A stretch of 32,000 bases of DNA from Candidatus Heimdallarchaeota archaeon (GTDB lineage Archaea; Asgardarchaeota; Heimdallarchaeia; Heimdallarchaeales; Kariarchaeaceae): the NCBI GenBank assembly GCA_030149205.1, contig JASBSB010000001.1:510001-542000 (forward strand), given 5' to 3'. Both the position numbers and the translations under genes were made by a program. Positions 1-8,669 of the stretch are shown in pieces (within the stretch, counting starts at the first letter, position 1; each line of letters begins with the position of its first letter). A model generated the notes under the pieces. That model saw nothing but the letters and a program-made list of their open reading frames with translations, ran no database searches and had not been told where the DNA came from.

Positions 1-166
1 CTGTCATAACTGTCCATGCTTCAAGATACGATTCAAACCCTTCATCCGCAAATCCTATAACATGATCATTAATGAATACACCATAATAGCCAAGCTCTTC
101 AGCCAACTTTGATTGATCAATCATTTCACTAAATGTGGGTTTTCTTATGTATGCTCCAAAATCCAT
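1..166 (-). CDS. LLM-class (luciferase-like) flavin/F420-dependent oxidoreductase, 5' part only (runs off the window start; not in the ORF track)
   Basis: Manual translation from ATG at 166: MDFGAYIRKPTFSEMIDQSKLAEELGYYGVFINDHVIGFADEGFESYLEAWTVMT. AEELG.....DH and EAWT match the N-terminus of the bacterial-luciferase-like family. Confidence 0.8.
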   Translation of the reverse strand, partial: MDFGAYIRKPTFSEMIDQSKLAEELGYYGVFINDHVIGFADEGFESYLEAWTVMT

Positions 167-240
167 TTGTTTTAATTTTGTGAGACTTTAGATACTTTAT
201 GATTACGGAGACATTAACAAATATAGTTTATACGTCAATT

Positions 241-1476
241 TCAATCAGCAAATACTTTATCTTGCAATATCTGTTCAGCCATTGAAAGTGCTTGTTCAAG
301 GTCATCAATAATGTCCTCAATATTCTCTATCCCTACAGATAGTCTGATGTAAGTGTCGGTAATATGAGCTTTTAATCTATCTTCTGGATCTACTATAGCA
401 TGTGTTGTCGATGCAGGATGAGTAATGAGGCTTTCAACTCCACCAAGAGAGACAGCCCTTGTGATCAATTTTAATGAATCTACGAATTTTGTTGCAACTT
501 CGAATCCTCCCTTAATTTCGAAACCAATCATTGCACCGTAACCTTGTGCTTGTTTGCTTGCTAATTGATGTTGAGGGTGGGAAGGTAAACCAGGATAATA
601 CACCTTTTCAATCATACCGTGCTTATTCAGAAAGTTCGCAACCTGTCTTCCATTTTCTTCATGTACCTTCATGCGAAGTTCTAATGTTTTCAGTCCTCGA
701 GAAATAAGAAAAGCTTCAAATGGGCTTGACATCCCACCGTTATGAACAGCTTTCATTCTACACTCTGCAATGCCTTCTGTCTTACCACAGATTACTCCAG
801 CTATAAGGTCTGATTGCCCGTTAAGATATTTTGTTGCTGAATGAACCACAAAATCGACCCCTAAATTTAATGGTTTCAGAAGACTAGGGGACATGAATGT
901 AGAATCAACAGCTGTGATTATGTGATGCCCATCATATGAATTGGCAATATCAACAACAGCTTTAATGTCGATGACTTTTAAAGTCGGATTTGAGGGGATT
1001 TCAAAGTAAAGCATCCTTGTGTTTTCTTGAATACTTTCTTTAATTTGACTGTGATCGGTAAAATCTACAAGCGTAACCTCTATTCCATATTTTTCAAGTT
1101 CATGGGTTAACAAACTCAATGTTCCCCCATACAAGGTGTTATCCGCTAATATATGGTCTCCAGATTTTAAAATTGTATAAAACAATGTGGAGATGGCAGC
1201 CATTCCACTGGCAAGAAGAAGAGCAGCTTCTGCATTTTCTAAGGCCGCTATCCTATACTCAGTGTCTCTGATCGTGGGGTTTGCAAGTCTACCATAGGTG
1301 TAACCATTGGGGTCTTCTCCAGCAAATATCTTTCGGCCATGCTCAACACTTGTAAATGCAAAAGTTGAGGAAGCGTAAATTGGAGGATTCACTGAATGTG
1401 GGTACATATCTGTCCAATCCAAGCCCCCATGTATTGCTTTGGTTCTTTCTCCAAAGGCTTTTTGTTTGTTATCCAT
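241..1476 (-). CDS. PLP-dependent trans-sulfuration enzyme (methionine gamma-lyase / cystathionine gamma-lyase or synthase family)
   Basis: YGRLANPT, ASGMAAI, LYGGT, EIPSNPTL, VDSTF, HSATKY (PLP lysine), SLGGVESLI.HPA, IRLSVGIE. SD-like GAGGT upstream. Exact specificity is not assignable. Confidence 0.92.
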   Translation of the reverse strand: MDNKQKAFGERTKAIHGGLDWTDMYPHSVNPPIYASSTFAFTSVEHGRKIFAGEDPNGYTYGRLANPTIRDTEYRIAALENAEAALLLASGMAAISTLFYTILKSGDHILADNTLYGGTLSLLTHELEKYGIEVTLVDFTDHSQIKESIQENTRMLYFEIPSNPTLKVIDIKAVVDIANSYDGHHIITAVDSTFMSPSLLKPLNLGVDFVVHSATKYLNGQSDLIAGVICGKTEGIAECRMKAVHNGGMSSPFEAFLISRGLKTLELRMKVHEENGRQVANFLNKHGMIEKVYYPGLPSHPQHQLASKQAQGYGAMIGFEIKGGFEVATKFVDSLKLITRAVSLGGVESLITHPASTTHAIVDPEDRLKAHITDTYIRLSVGIENIEDIIDDLEQALSMAEQILQDKVFAD

Positions 1477-1517
1477 TTAATTCAACCTCAGTTTGATAGT
1501 AAATTAACAATTTGTCA

Positions 1518-1537
1518 AACTTACAATCAACTTACAA
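1518..1537. promoter_or_regulatory. Tandem direct repeat AACTTACAA x2 (11-bp period) between the putative TATA box and the start of the PLP lyase gene
   Basis: AACTTACAA at 1518-1526 and 1529-1537. TATA-like ATATATAA on the minus strand at about 1541-1548. Confidence 0.35.
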
Positions 1538-1633
1538 ATATTATATATCTTCGTATGTTAATAATATGGTTGTTTAATAGGATTCACAATGTAAAATTCA
1601 TAATTTGAGTATATTAAGTATATTGAATATTGG

Positions 1634-1679
1634 TTACATAATGTAAATAATTCATCAGAATAACTATTCAATTTGAATA
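1634..1679. promoter_or_regulatory. Two perfect palindromes, candidate Lrp/AsnC operator boxes
   Basis: TTACAT-A-ATGTAA (1634-1646) and TATTCAA-T-TTGAATA (1665-1679); centres 32 bp apart in the divergent intergenic region. Confidence 0.45.
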
Positions 1680-1709
1680 CATTTTTTTGTATCCAATTTT
1701 TGAAAACTT

Positions 1710-2240
1710 ATGAATTCTAAAAATCGATTTTATGTAGAAGATCACTCAACTTGGTTAATTGATCATCTTCTTGAAGAAAATTCGATTGATCAAATTGATA
1801 CCAAGATTCTAAAAGAATTATTTCAAGACAGTCGAACGTCTATTCAAGAATTAGCAAACAAATGTAAAATATCTCGTCCAACCGTGTATGAAAGAATCAA
1901 AAAATTAAAACAAAGAGGCCTCATTCGAAAATTTCAAATTGAATTTGACTTTGAAGCAGCGGGAATGCAGTTAAACGCGTTTATTTTAGTTAGCTATAAT
2001 GCGAATAAAGCTCCAGATAGTATTAAACAGGCACAAGTTGCAAAATTGCTGTCAAGATTAAAATTTGTAGAACGTGTTTTTATTATAACTGGAGAATACG
2101 ATTTCATGGTAGAGGTCAGAATCACAGATATGAATACCCTTAGTGATTTGATTATTGAAGGAATGAGGGAGATTCCAGGGGTTGGCAATACAATCACTAT
2201 GATATCGTTTGATGAATATCGAGGGGGGTTAAAACAGTAA
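1710..2240 (+). CDS. Lrp/AsnC family transcriptional regulator
   Basis: IDQIDTKILKELFQDSRTSIQELANKCKISRPTVYERIKKLKQRGLIRKF HTH, followed by a RAM domain (ITGEYDFMVEV ... GVGNTIT). Confidence 0.93.
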   Translation: MNSKNRFYVEDHSTWLIDHLLEENSIDQIDTKILKELFQDSRTSIQELANKCKISRPTVYERIKKLKQRGLIRKFQIEFDFEAAGMQLNAFILVSYNANKAPDSIKQAQVAKLLSRLKFVERVFIITGEYDFMVEVRITDMNTLSDLIIEGMREIPGVGNTITMISFDEYRGGLKQ

Positions 2241-2305
2241 TTGATTGTTAAAGTAAGGCTCAATGATTCGTTAAACTTTAATTTATCCAGTATTCTATTC
2301 AAAAT

Positions 2306-2701
2306 ATGAAATATGTTTTCTTTAAATCAATTGCATTTTTATCATCATTAATCACACTGGTGCTAATAGTGGGAAGCTCATCCACAATTTTCTTCATTTT
2401 ATTTGTTCCATTTATTTTTGTGGGTGAGATTTTTCCAAGAAGCAAGATAGAGTTAAAAAATAAGAATTTTAACCTCTCATTTTTTTTAGTCCAAGGAAAT
2501 CTTGTGACTCAATCTTTAATTTTAATTGCAACTGTCTTTATTCTCATTAAACTCTACCTCAATACTATTAATACTAATTTTTTGTTGTTCAATGCATTGG
2601 TCAGTCTACTTATCATACCGACATTAATGAAATCATATTCAGAATTTAAGCAATACGTAAACATCAAGAGAGCTGGTCTATTTTCTTCTTATTCGAGTTG
2701 A
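2306..2701 (+). CDS. Small hypothetical membrane protein (about 4 hydrophobic segments)
   Basis: 131-aa ORF with ATG filling the gap between Lrp and the convergent gene; very hydrophobic; no family recognised. Confidence 0.5.
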   Translation: MKYVFFKSIAFLSSLITLVLIVGSSSTIFFILFVPFIFVGEIFPRSKIELKNKNFNLSFFLVQGNLVTQSLILIATVFILIKLYLNTINTNFLLFNALVSLLIIPTLMKSYSEFKQYVNIKRAGLFSSYSS

Positions 2702-2702
2702 G

Positions 2703-4481
2703 TTATTCCTCATAATATTTTTTATAAAGTGCATCAATTATATTGATAGGGTACCAATTATACCTAGACTTTAACATTGGGATATCAAAAGAGTGTTTGA
2801 TTACTTGAGGAACTATAAACATTTCTTTGACTCGAAATTGTTTAGTTTTATCTTTGTCAAAATGGTTTTCACTATTAATAATGGTGTAATCATCATCATC
2901 ATCATCAGTTTCATTTTCAAGAATTTGTCTACCAATAATGTGAAAATTCTTTTGGAGTGCAAAAAGGTAAGCCTCCTCAAGAACATCCTTTTCCTCATCG
3001 ATGAGCTGTATATCAACTTTTTTCATCCAATTATCCAAAGTCTCTTCCTCATCAATTTTATTCAAGAGTCTTTTTGAGGCATAATAGTATCTCTTCGTAA
3101 TTTTTGCTTTATCTAAAAGTTCAATCAACTGTCTAATCCTGCTAAATTTCCATTGACTTCGTTCTCTTTGTCTAAACTGAAGTACAAAATCTAGATCAAT
3201 GACAATCTGTTTAATGTTCAACTCCTCTCGTTTAATTGATTTGTATTCAAGGAGGATCTTAAGGATTTTTTGAAAGTGCTTTTTATTGCTCTTTATTTTT
3301 AATTCATCTGAAATGACCTTGTATTGATTATAAGCTATATCTTCTGTAAACCCTTTTTTGTCAAGCCTTGCATGAAGTCGTGCAGAAATAAGAGCGTCTT
3401 CATCAAGCTTATCCATAGGTTTCAAAACAACAGGGAGTAGCAGAACCCAATTTGTAAGGCAAGGAACCTCAATTTCTGACTGTAGATTGTGAATAGGGGC
3501 AGATTCAATTTCGTAGATTAGTTTAATCATCTCTAGATCAACTGTTAATATCCAGATATGTTGTGATTCATCGTAGAGCAATCCCTCTTGTATAACCTCC
3601 TCGACCATTTGAAATTTATCTGAAAATGCTTTAACAATTAATTCTATTAGGCTTTTATCAGTATCTAATAGTTTGTCCAATGAAATGTTAATCTCAGGTT
3701 TAGACCACCTAAGAAATGAAACAGAAGTCAAGAAGAGTGAGTAATCTCTTACATCACTAAGTCGCTTGGTAAGTGGGCTTTTAAGCTCCATCATTATCCA
3801 ATAATCAACACTTGCAACTTCCTTACCAGAAACAACTGTGTTTCCGGTTACTCCAATCGGAATAATTTTCTCTTTTAGAGTTTTCCCCTCCTCTTTTGCA
3901 AGGTGAAGTACTCTATTTGCAAGGTCAGTATCCACATTAATTTCGTCAAAGCTTTGGTGTTTTAAGTGATATTCCTCTAAATAAAGTTTAAACGGATCTT
4001 CTGTAATGATAAAATCTAGGTTTTTAACCTGATTTACTTGTTTCTTTTTCTGTTTCAAGCTTTTTTTTCCTTCTGAGGTGAGTTGATATTGCAGGAGAGA
4101 AGGTCGTTCTAGAAGCTGTGATAACGTGTTATCAACCCAAACTTCTTCCAAATCTGTTTTAATCATTTCAACATTATGTTCTGCTGTTGATTTATCGTAA
4201 TCAACAAGTTGAACTAATCCTTGGTTCAGTAATTTCTCTAGTTCATCCTCAGCATCCGACAATGTAATATTGGATAATAAGGAGATTTCAAGCCTTGTGA
4301 TTTTATCAAATTGATCTAAACTGGTAAGAATCAACCATTCCAGAGGTTCAAGATCAGAAATCATGTTGACTTGAAGATCAGTAAATGAGAAAAAGGCAGC
4401 TTGGGTGTTATGTTTCAGTATTATGTTCGGTATAACATTGAATCTCTCTTTTAACCAGGTTTTTAGATTATCTCCTAACAT
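2703..4481 (-). CDS. Hypothetical protein: N-terminal winged-helix, C-terminal degenerate PIN/NYN (Zc3h12a/Regnase-like) domain; partner of the upstream helicase
   Basis: wHTH-like LEPLEWLILTSL...ELEKLLNQGLVQ...YQLTSEGKK. C-terminal IVIDLDFVL ... ASKRLLNKIDE ... AYLFALQKNFHIIG resembles the PIN-like strand/helix order. Likely start is ATG 4481, with AGGTGA (4487-4492) 5 nt upstream overlapping the helicase stop (the ORF track uses GTG 4490). Confidence 0.75.
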   Translation of the reverse strand: MLGDNLKTWLKERFNVIPNIILKHNTQAAFFSFTDLQVNMISDLEPLEWLILTSLDQFDKITRLEISLLSNITLSDAEDELEKLLNQGLVQLVDYDKSTAEHNVEMIKTDLEEVWVDNTLSQLLERPSLLQYQLTSEGKKSLKQKKKQVNQVKNLDFIITEDPFKLYLEEYHLKHQSFDEINVDTDLANRVLHLAKEEGKTLKEKIIPIGVTGNTVVSGKEVASVDYWIMMELKSPLTKRLSDVRDYSLFLTSVSFLRWSKPEINISLDKLLDTDKSLIELIVKAFSDKFQMVEEVIQEGLLYDESQHIWILTVDLEMIKLIYEIESAPIHNLQSEIEVPCLTNWVLLLPVVLKPMDKLDEDALISARLHARLDKKGFTEDIAYNQYKVISDELKIKSNKKHFQKILKILLEYKSIKREELNIKQIVIDLDFVLQFRQRERSQWKFSRIRQLIELLDKAKITKRYYYASKRLLNKIDEEETLDNWMKKVDIQLIDEEKDVLEEAYLFALQKNFHIIGRQILENETDDDDDDYTIINSENHFDKDKTKQFRVKEMFIVPQVIKHSFDIPMLKSRYNWYPINIIDALYKKYYEE

Positions 4482-4486
4482 TATAT

Positions 4487-7165
4487 TCACCTGAATTGAA
4501 TTTTTTTAACGAGCTTATGTTTAGCTGTATATTTTGCAAGCTCATGAAGAATAACAGTTGATTTCTTCTTCTTAAGGGATTTATAGAACTGATGATTTCC
4601 AATTACTAAGAGGTTATGCTTTGCTCTTGATAAACTTACATTCACACGTTGTAGATTGGTTAAGAATCCTATATTTCCTTGAGGGTTACTTCTGGTTAGA
4701 CTAAGTAATACAATATCCTGTTCTTGACCTTGGAATCTATCAACAATGCTGACTCTGACTTTAATTGGTTTCTTTGGAACAGAATATCTCCAGCCTCTTT
4801 CTGGGATAAGTTCATCAAGTAACCTTAATTGTTGGTTTATTGCTCTCGATTGATCCGCATAATAGGTTATGACTCCAATTGTCATTGGATTTTCTTTCGT
4901 GTATCCTAATTTTTCAACATCAAGTTTTGTAACTAATGATACAATGATCTCAGCAATAGCATCAGCTTCAGCTTGATTTCGATACCCCTTCCATTTTCCA
5001 GAACTATCATTTGGGTTTGGATAGTTTTCTGTTGAAACAAAGGTGATAGGAGATTTGAGCTTGGGAAGCCCAAGTGAACGTATGCTTGGTAATTCATATC
5101 CATGTCTCGCAGCTGTATCCGAGGTTTTCAGGTCTCCTAGATAGATAGATTGATCAAGGAAATTAGCCAGAATTTCTGGCATTCTATGTTGAACGTCAAG
5201 TTTTGCATTTCTACTTTCGTCAATATTCTTCAAAAAGTAATGGAAACAGCTGCCGAGTGCTAAGTTAACCATTTCTTCAATTGACGTGATTGTAGGTTTG
5301 TTGTAATCAAGTAACTCAATGATTTTCTTCCAATAAAATTGTGTTTCACCCTCACCCAAAGCATGAAGTTCTTCATGGAATCTGCGGAGGTATCCTATCA
5401 ACAGGTCTGTATTCTCATGAAACTCTGAACGATTGGATAATTTATCTGATGATTTTGCTTCTGAATCCTCATTGTTTACTCCTTCAAAATATCTTTGTAC
5501 ATAGATTCTCAACTCTTGATCATTTACATACGGAGGCAATTGTCTGTGGTCTCCAACTAGCACCCATTTACGAGCCCTTACTGCAGGAACTAAAAACTCC
5601 ATAACTGTTGCTTTACTAGCTTCATCTATGATGAGCATATCAAAATTGATTGGATCCTTCGTGGATTTTTCATAATATCTCGCAATTCCTATTGTTGTTC
5701 CACAAACAAGATTTGACTTTCCAAGCACTAAATTCTCAAAATATTTTCTATCTTTTTTCTGCATCTGGTTCAAAAACTCTTTTCGAAGTTTCTGAGCCTT
5801 GGAATCCTTCGATCCTAAGTTGGAGAAGTACGTATTATAAAGTTCTTCAACCCTATCATTGAGTCGATATTTCTTGAGTTCATCACTCATGTATTTTCTT
5901 CCACCAACTCGTACAGCATAAATTCCTCTTTCATCAGCAATACGTTCAAGGACATTATCAACCGCAACATGTGTTGGTGCAACCATCACCACCCTTTTAC
6001 CGTTTGCCACCATATGTCTGATGATTTCAACGATTACTGTGGTTTTACCCGTTCCTGGAGGCCCATGTATCAATGAGATGTCATCACTACTCAGAGCAAG
6101 ATCCACTGCTTTAGCCTGACCATTTGAAATAGGTGATGTATGAGAGATATTTGGGTGGAAATAAGACCTAGGCAAAGCATCAACTTTTGCCAGACCCCAT
6201 GGCCTGATTAATAAATCTGCAAGTTTCGCATAAACTAAGTTTGTTCTTGTTCGGAGTAAATTTACTGCCTGGGTCTTACGCCTGTTACTCGCCATATCAC
6301 CCTCCAAGAAGATTATTCCTTTTTCAGGCCATAACTTTACTCTCTCAGTTTCTTCAATAATTATAAGCTGTTCTGACTCATCGAAATCACTGACCCTTGA
6401 TGATAAGTAAGAATTTCCTGAATCATCCTTAGCTGTGATTGAGTTTCCTCCTTCGGTTAACTGTCGAGGTGGATCTGAGACCTCAAGATAAACTCTCCCA
6501 TCTTCTTGGGGTAATTTAGTGTATCTGCAACTAGGTCTAAATTTTGGATCTTTGATTGATACTCTCTCATAATAGAGGAACTCTACATAGGGTTTGAATG
6601 ACTTGTCAAGAAATCTTTTGTAATCAATATCCAGCTTTTCTCGTTCATTGTCTTTTAACCACCTAACTGCAGAGAATAAGATTCTACCTATATTGAGTTT
6701 AACACCTTCATCTGATTTAGTTGCTGTGATTTTGAGCTTAATTGGGTAATCAGTACTGGGTAAGGCAGAATGTTTGTTTCGTACTGGGTTTACACCATAA
6801 ACAAAAACAAGTAATAGATTTTCTTTATCTGGGAACCATTTAAAGATCCCTCCATAGGAACTAGTTTCTAGCTTTATAGTCAGGTCTTGATTTTTAAGTA
6901 ATCCCTGAACAAATTCCTCCATATCTTCATTTGTTTCAATGTGATCTGGAACATTTAGCTGTTCCCTATCTAACTGAATAAGAACCTTGGGGACACCATT
7001 AAACTCAGAGATTTCAATCTGTCGCTCCGTTAACTGATCTCTAGCCTTATTTGTGATACTACAAGAGATATCTAATACAGGTTTTTGGAGATTGATCAGA
7101 CGTTTGATCCTATTTATATTCACATGCTCGACAATTATTGAATTCATATGTTTTGATTTGGACAT
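4487..7165 (-). CDS. Superfamily 1B helicase, Upf1/DNA2/NAM7-like (AAA_11 + AAA_12)
   Basis: Motif I GPPGTGKT, Ia VAPTHVAVDN, II IIDEAS, III LVGDHRQLPP, IV QHRM, V GVITYY and VDRFQGQE, VI RVNVSLSRAK. About 300-aa N-terminal extension. Confidence 0.93.
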   Translation of the reverse strand: MSKSKHMNSIIVEHVNINRIKRLINLQKPVLDISCSITNKARDQLTERQIEISEFNGVPKVLIQLDREQLNVPDHIETNEDMEEFVQGLLKNQDLTIKLETSSYGGIFKWFPDKENLLLVFVYGVNPVRNKHSALPSTDYPIKLKITATKSDEGVKLNIGRILFSAVRWLKDNEREKLDIDYKRFLDKSFKPYVEFLYYERVSIKDPKFRPSCRYTKLPQEDGRVYLEVSDPPRQLTEGGNSITAKDDSGNSYLSSRVSDFDESEQLIIIEETERVKLWPEKGIIFLEGDMASNRRKTQAVNLLRTRTNLVYAKLADLLIRPWGLAKVDALPRSYFHPNISHTSPISNGQAKAVDLALSSDDISLIHGPPGTGKTTVIVEIIRHMVANGKRVVMVAPTHVAVDNVLERIADERGIYAVRVGGRKYMSDELKKYRLNDRVEELYNTYFSNLGSKDSKAQKLRKEFLNQMQKKDRKYFENLVLGKSNLVCGTTIGIARYYEKSTKDPINFDMLIIDEASKATVMEFLVPAVRARKWVLVGDHRQLPPYVNDQELRIYVQRYFEGVNNEDSEAKSSDKLSNRSEFHENTDLLIGYLRRFHEELHALGEGETQFYWKKIIELLDYNKPTITSIEEMVNLALGSCFHYFLKNIDESRNAKLDVQHRMPEILANFLDQSIYLGDLKTSDTAARHGYELPSIRSLGLPKLKSPITFVSTENYPNPNDSSGKWKGYRNQAEADAIAEIIVSLVTKLDVEKLGYTKENPMTIGVITYYADQSRAINQQLRLLDELIPERGWRYSVPKKPIKVRVSIVDRFQGQEQDIVLLSLTRSNPQGNIGFLTNLQRVNVSLSRAKHNLLVIGNHQFYKSLKKKKSTVILHELAKYTAKHKLVKKIQFR

Positions 7166-7283
7166 TCAGACCCATCCTTATTAATTTGTTGCAGACTTTG
7201 AGTCTATAAAAAAAAACAATTTATTTTTAAACTAACTTCTCAACTCTCTATTTCAACTTTTGGGTAAAATACTTGAATATTCT

Positions 7284-8567
7284 TCAAAACCCTGTTATAT
7301 CAGGGTTTACTATGTTCCTTCCAATTGTTGAAAGGGGTCGTAATTGCAGATACGCAACCCCCAGCAAAAGACCAAAAAAGATTATCCCCATTGTAAAAGG
7401 TAGCCTGTTATCAACTGTAAATAGATAAGCCCCAAAAATAGGCCCTAATACCCTTCCAAGAGAACCTAAACCAGAGTTTAGCCCTAGTCCCTCACCTAGG
7501 TCATTTTCTGGTAAACGGTCAGCGATCAAACTTGAAAGCGCTGGTGTTAGTAAAGCTTGTCCTATTGCTAAGGGCACCAGACCGATACTAATTGTTAAGA
7601 TAGAATTAGAAAATGCAAGTATTGCAAAACCTAGCATTGTTAATGCTAATCCAAACTGGACTGTTTTCTCATCTGTTAATCTTTTAACTATTACTCTAAT
7701 TAATCCACCCTGCACTATGATTACGATTACTCCAACAAATCCGAACAGAAACCCAATTGTTTGGGGTGTGACCGTATTGTCAATGGTTATAACAAATGGA
7801 GTGAACATGGATTCAAATTCACTAAAGAACAAAGTTGATGAGAAAAACAGAAGCATAATCAAAATTATTTGTTCATAGGAAACAATTTTTTTGTATCTAC
7901 TGAAAACTGTGTTCCTCTCAGAAGAAGTAGGATAAAGCTCTTTTGACACCATTATCCGCTTTGCCCCTAATGTTTCTGGAAGGTCAAAGTAACCCAAAAG
8001 GAAGTTTACCAACGAGAGACCAACAGCAAAAAATGATGGGGCTGCGTACTTGTATTGAGTAAATCCCGGTACTGTGAAGGGGGAAAGTAACCCACCTATC
8101 ACTGGACCTAAAGTAAAACCTAATCCGAAAGCTACCCCAATTAAAGCCATTCTAACTGTTCGTTTTTCACCAGTTGATATGTCTGCGATGTAAGCTCTTG
8201 CCGTTGGTAAACTGGCAGCTGTAAAGAATCCTGCAAGTCCCCTTGCTAAATACAATTCCCATAACTGAACCGAGATCCCGAAGAGAAAGAAAGAGATTGA
8301 AGAGCCAAATATCCCTATTAAAAGAACTGGTCTCCTGCCTATTTTGTCAGAAATCCTACCCCAAAGTGGTGAGAAAATGAATTGAACAAGGGAATAAATC
8401 GCTAAAATATATCCTAACTGTTCTGGGGTGCTTTTCAGGTCTTCTAGTACCAAAAAGGGTAGAATCGGAATGATAATTCCAAATCCCAACAAATCAATGA
8501 AAATCGCTAGAAAGAGGGAGAATAGGGCCCGATTTTCATTCATCTCAAGTGGTGGAGAATTTTCCAT
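7284..8567 (-). CDS. MFS transporter, TetA/DHA1-like drug:H+ antiporter family
   Basis: IFIDLLGFGIIIPILP, motif A WGRISDKIGRRPVLL, ARGLAG, motif C GFTLGPVIGG; about 12 hydrophobic segments. Confidence 0.92.
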   Translation of the reverse strand: MENSPPLEMNENRALFSLFLAIFIDLLGFGIIIPILPFLVLEDLKSTPEQLGYILAIYSLVQFIFSPLWGRISDKIGRRPVLLIGIFGSSISFFLFGISVQLWELYLARGLAGFFTAASLPTARAYIADISTGEKRTVRMALIGVAFGLGFTLGPVIGGLLSPFTVPGFTQYKYAAPSFFAVGLSLVNFLLGYFDLPETLGAKRIMVSKELYPTSSERNTVFSRYKKIVSYEQIILIMLLFFSSTLFFSEFESMFTPFVITIDNTVTPQTIGFLFGFVGVIVIIVQGGLIRVIVKRLTDEKTVQFGLALTMLGFAILAFSNSILTISIGLVPLAIGQALLTPALSSLIADRLPENDLGEGLGLNSGLGSLGRVLGPIFGAYLFTVDNRLPFTMGIIFFGLLLGVAYLQLRPLSTIGRNIVNPDITGF

Positions 8568-8669
8568 ACCTCAGAATTATTAGAAACTTTATAAAAAATT
8601 GTTTCATGCCTCTTTGTACTGATTTATTAGAATTTAATTGAGATATTATGTATTTTTCAATTTATTAAT

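Noticed and set aside
241-1476. Specific call as methionine gamma-lyase (mdeA/megL)
   Set aside because: It lacks the YGCT Cys typical of characterised MGLs; the family is certain but specificity is not.
2889-2906. (ATC)6 microsatellite as a phase-variation tract
   Set aside because: A trinucleotide unit keeps the frame and simply encodes the poly-Asp run; it is covered under the PIN-domain finding.
7193-7216. AGACT-TTG-AGTCT mini-palindrome next to an A-tract upstream of the helicase
   Set aside because: Only 5-bp arms; the A-tract is adequately explained as the MFS oligo-T terminator and/or the helicase TATA box.
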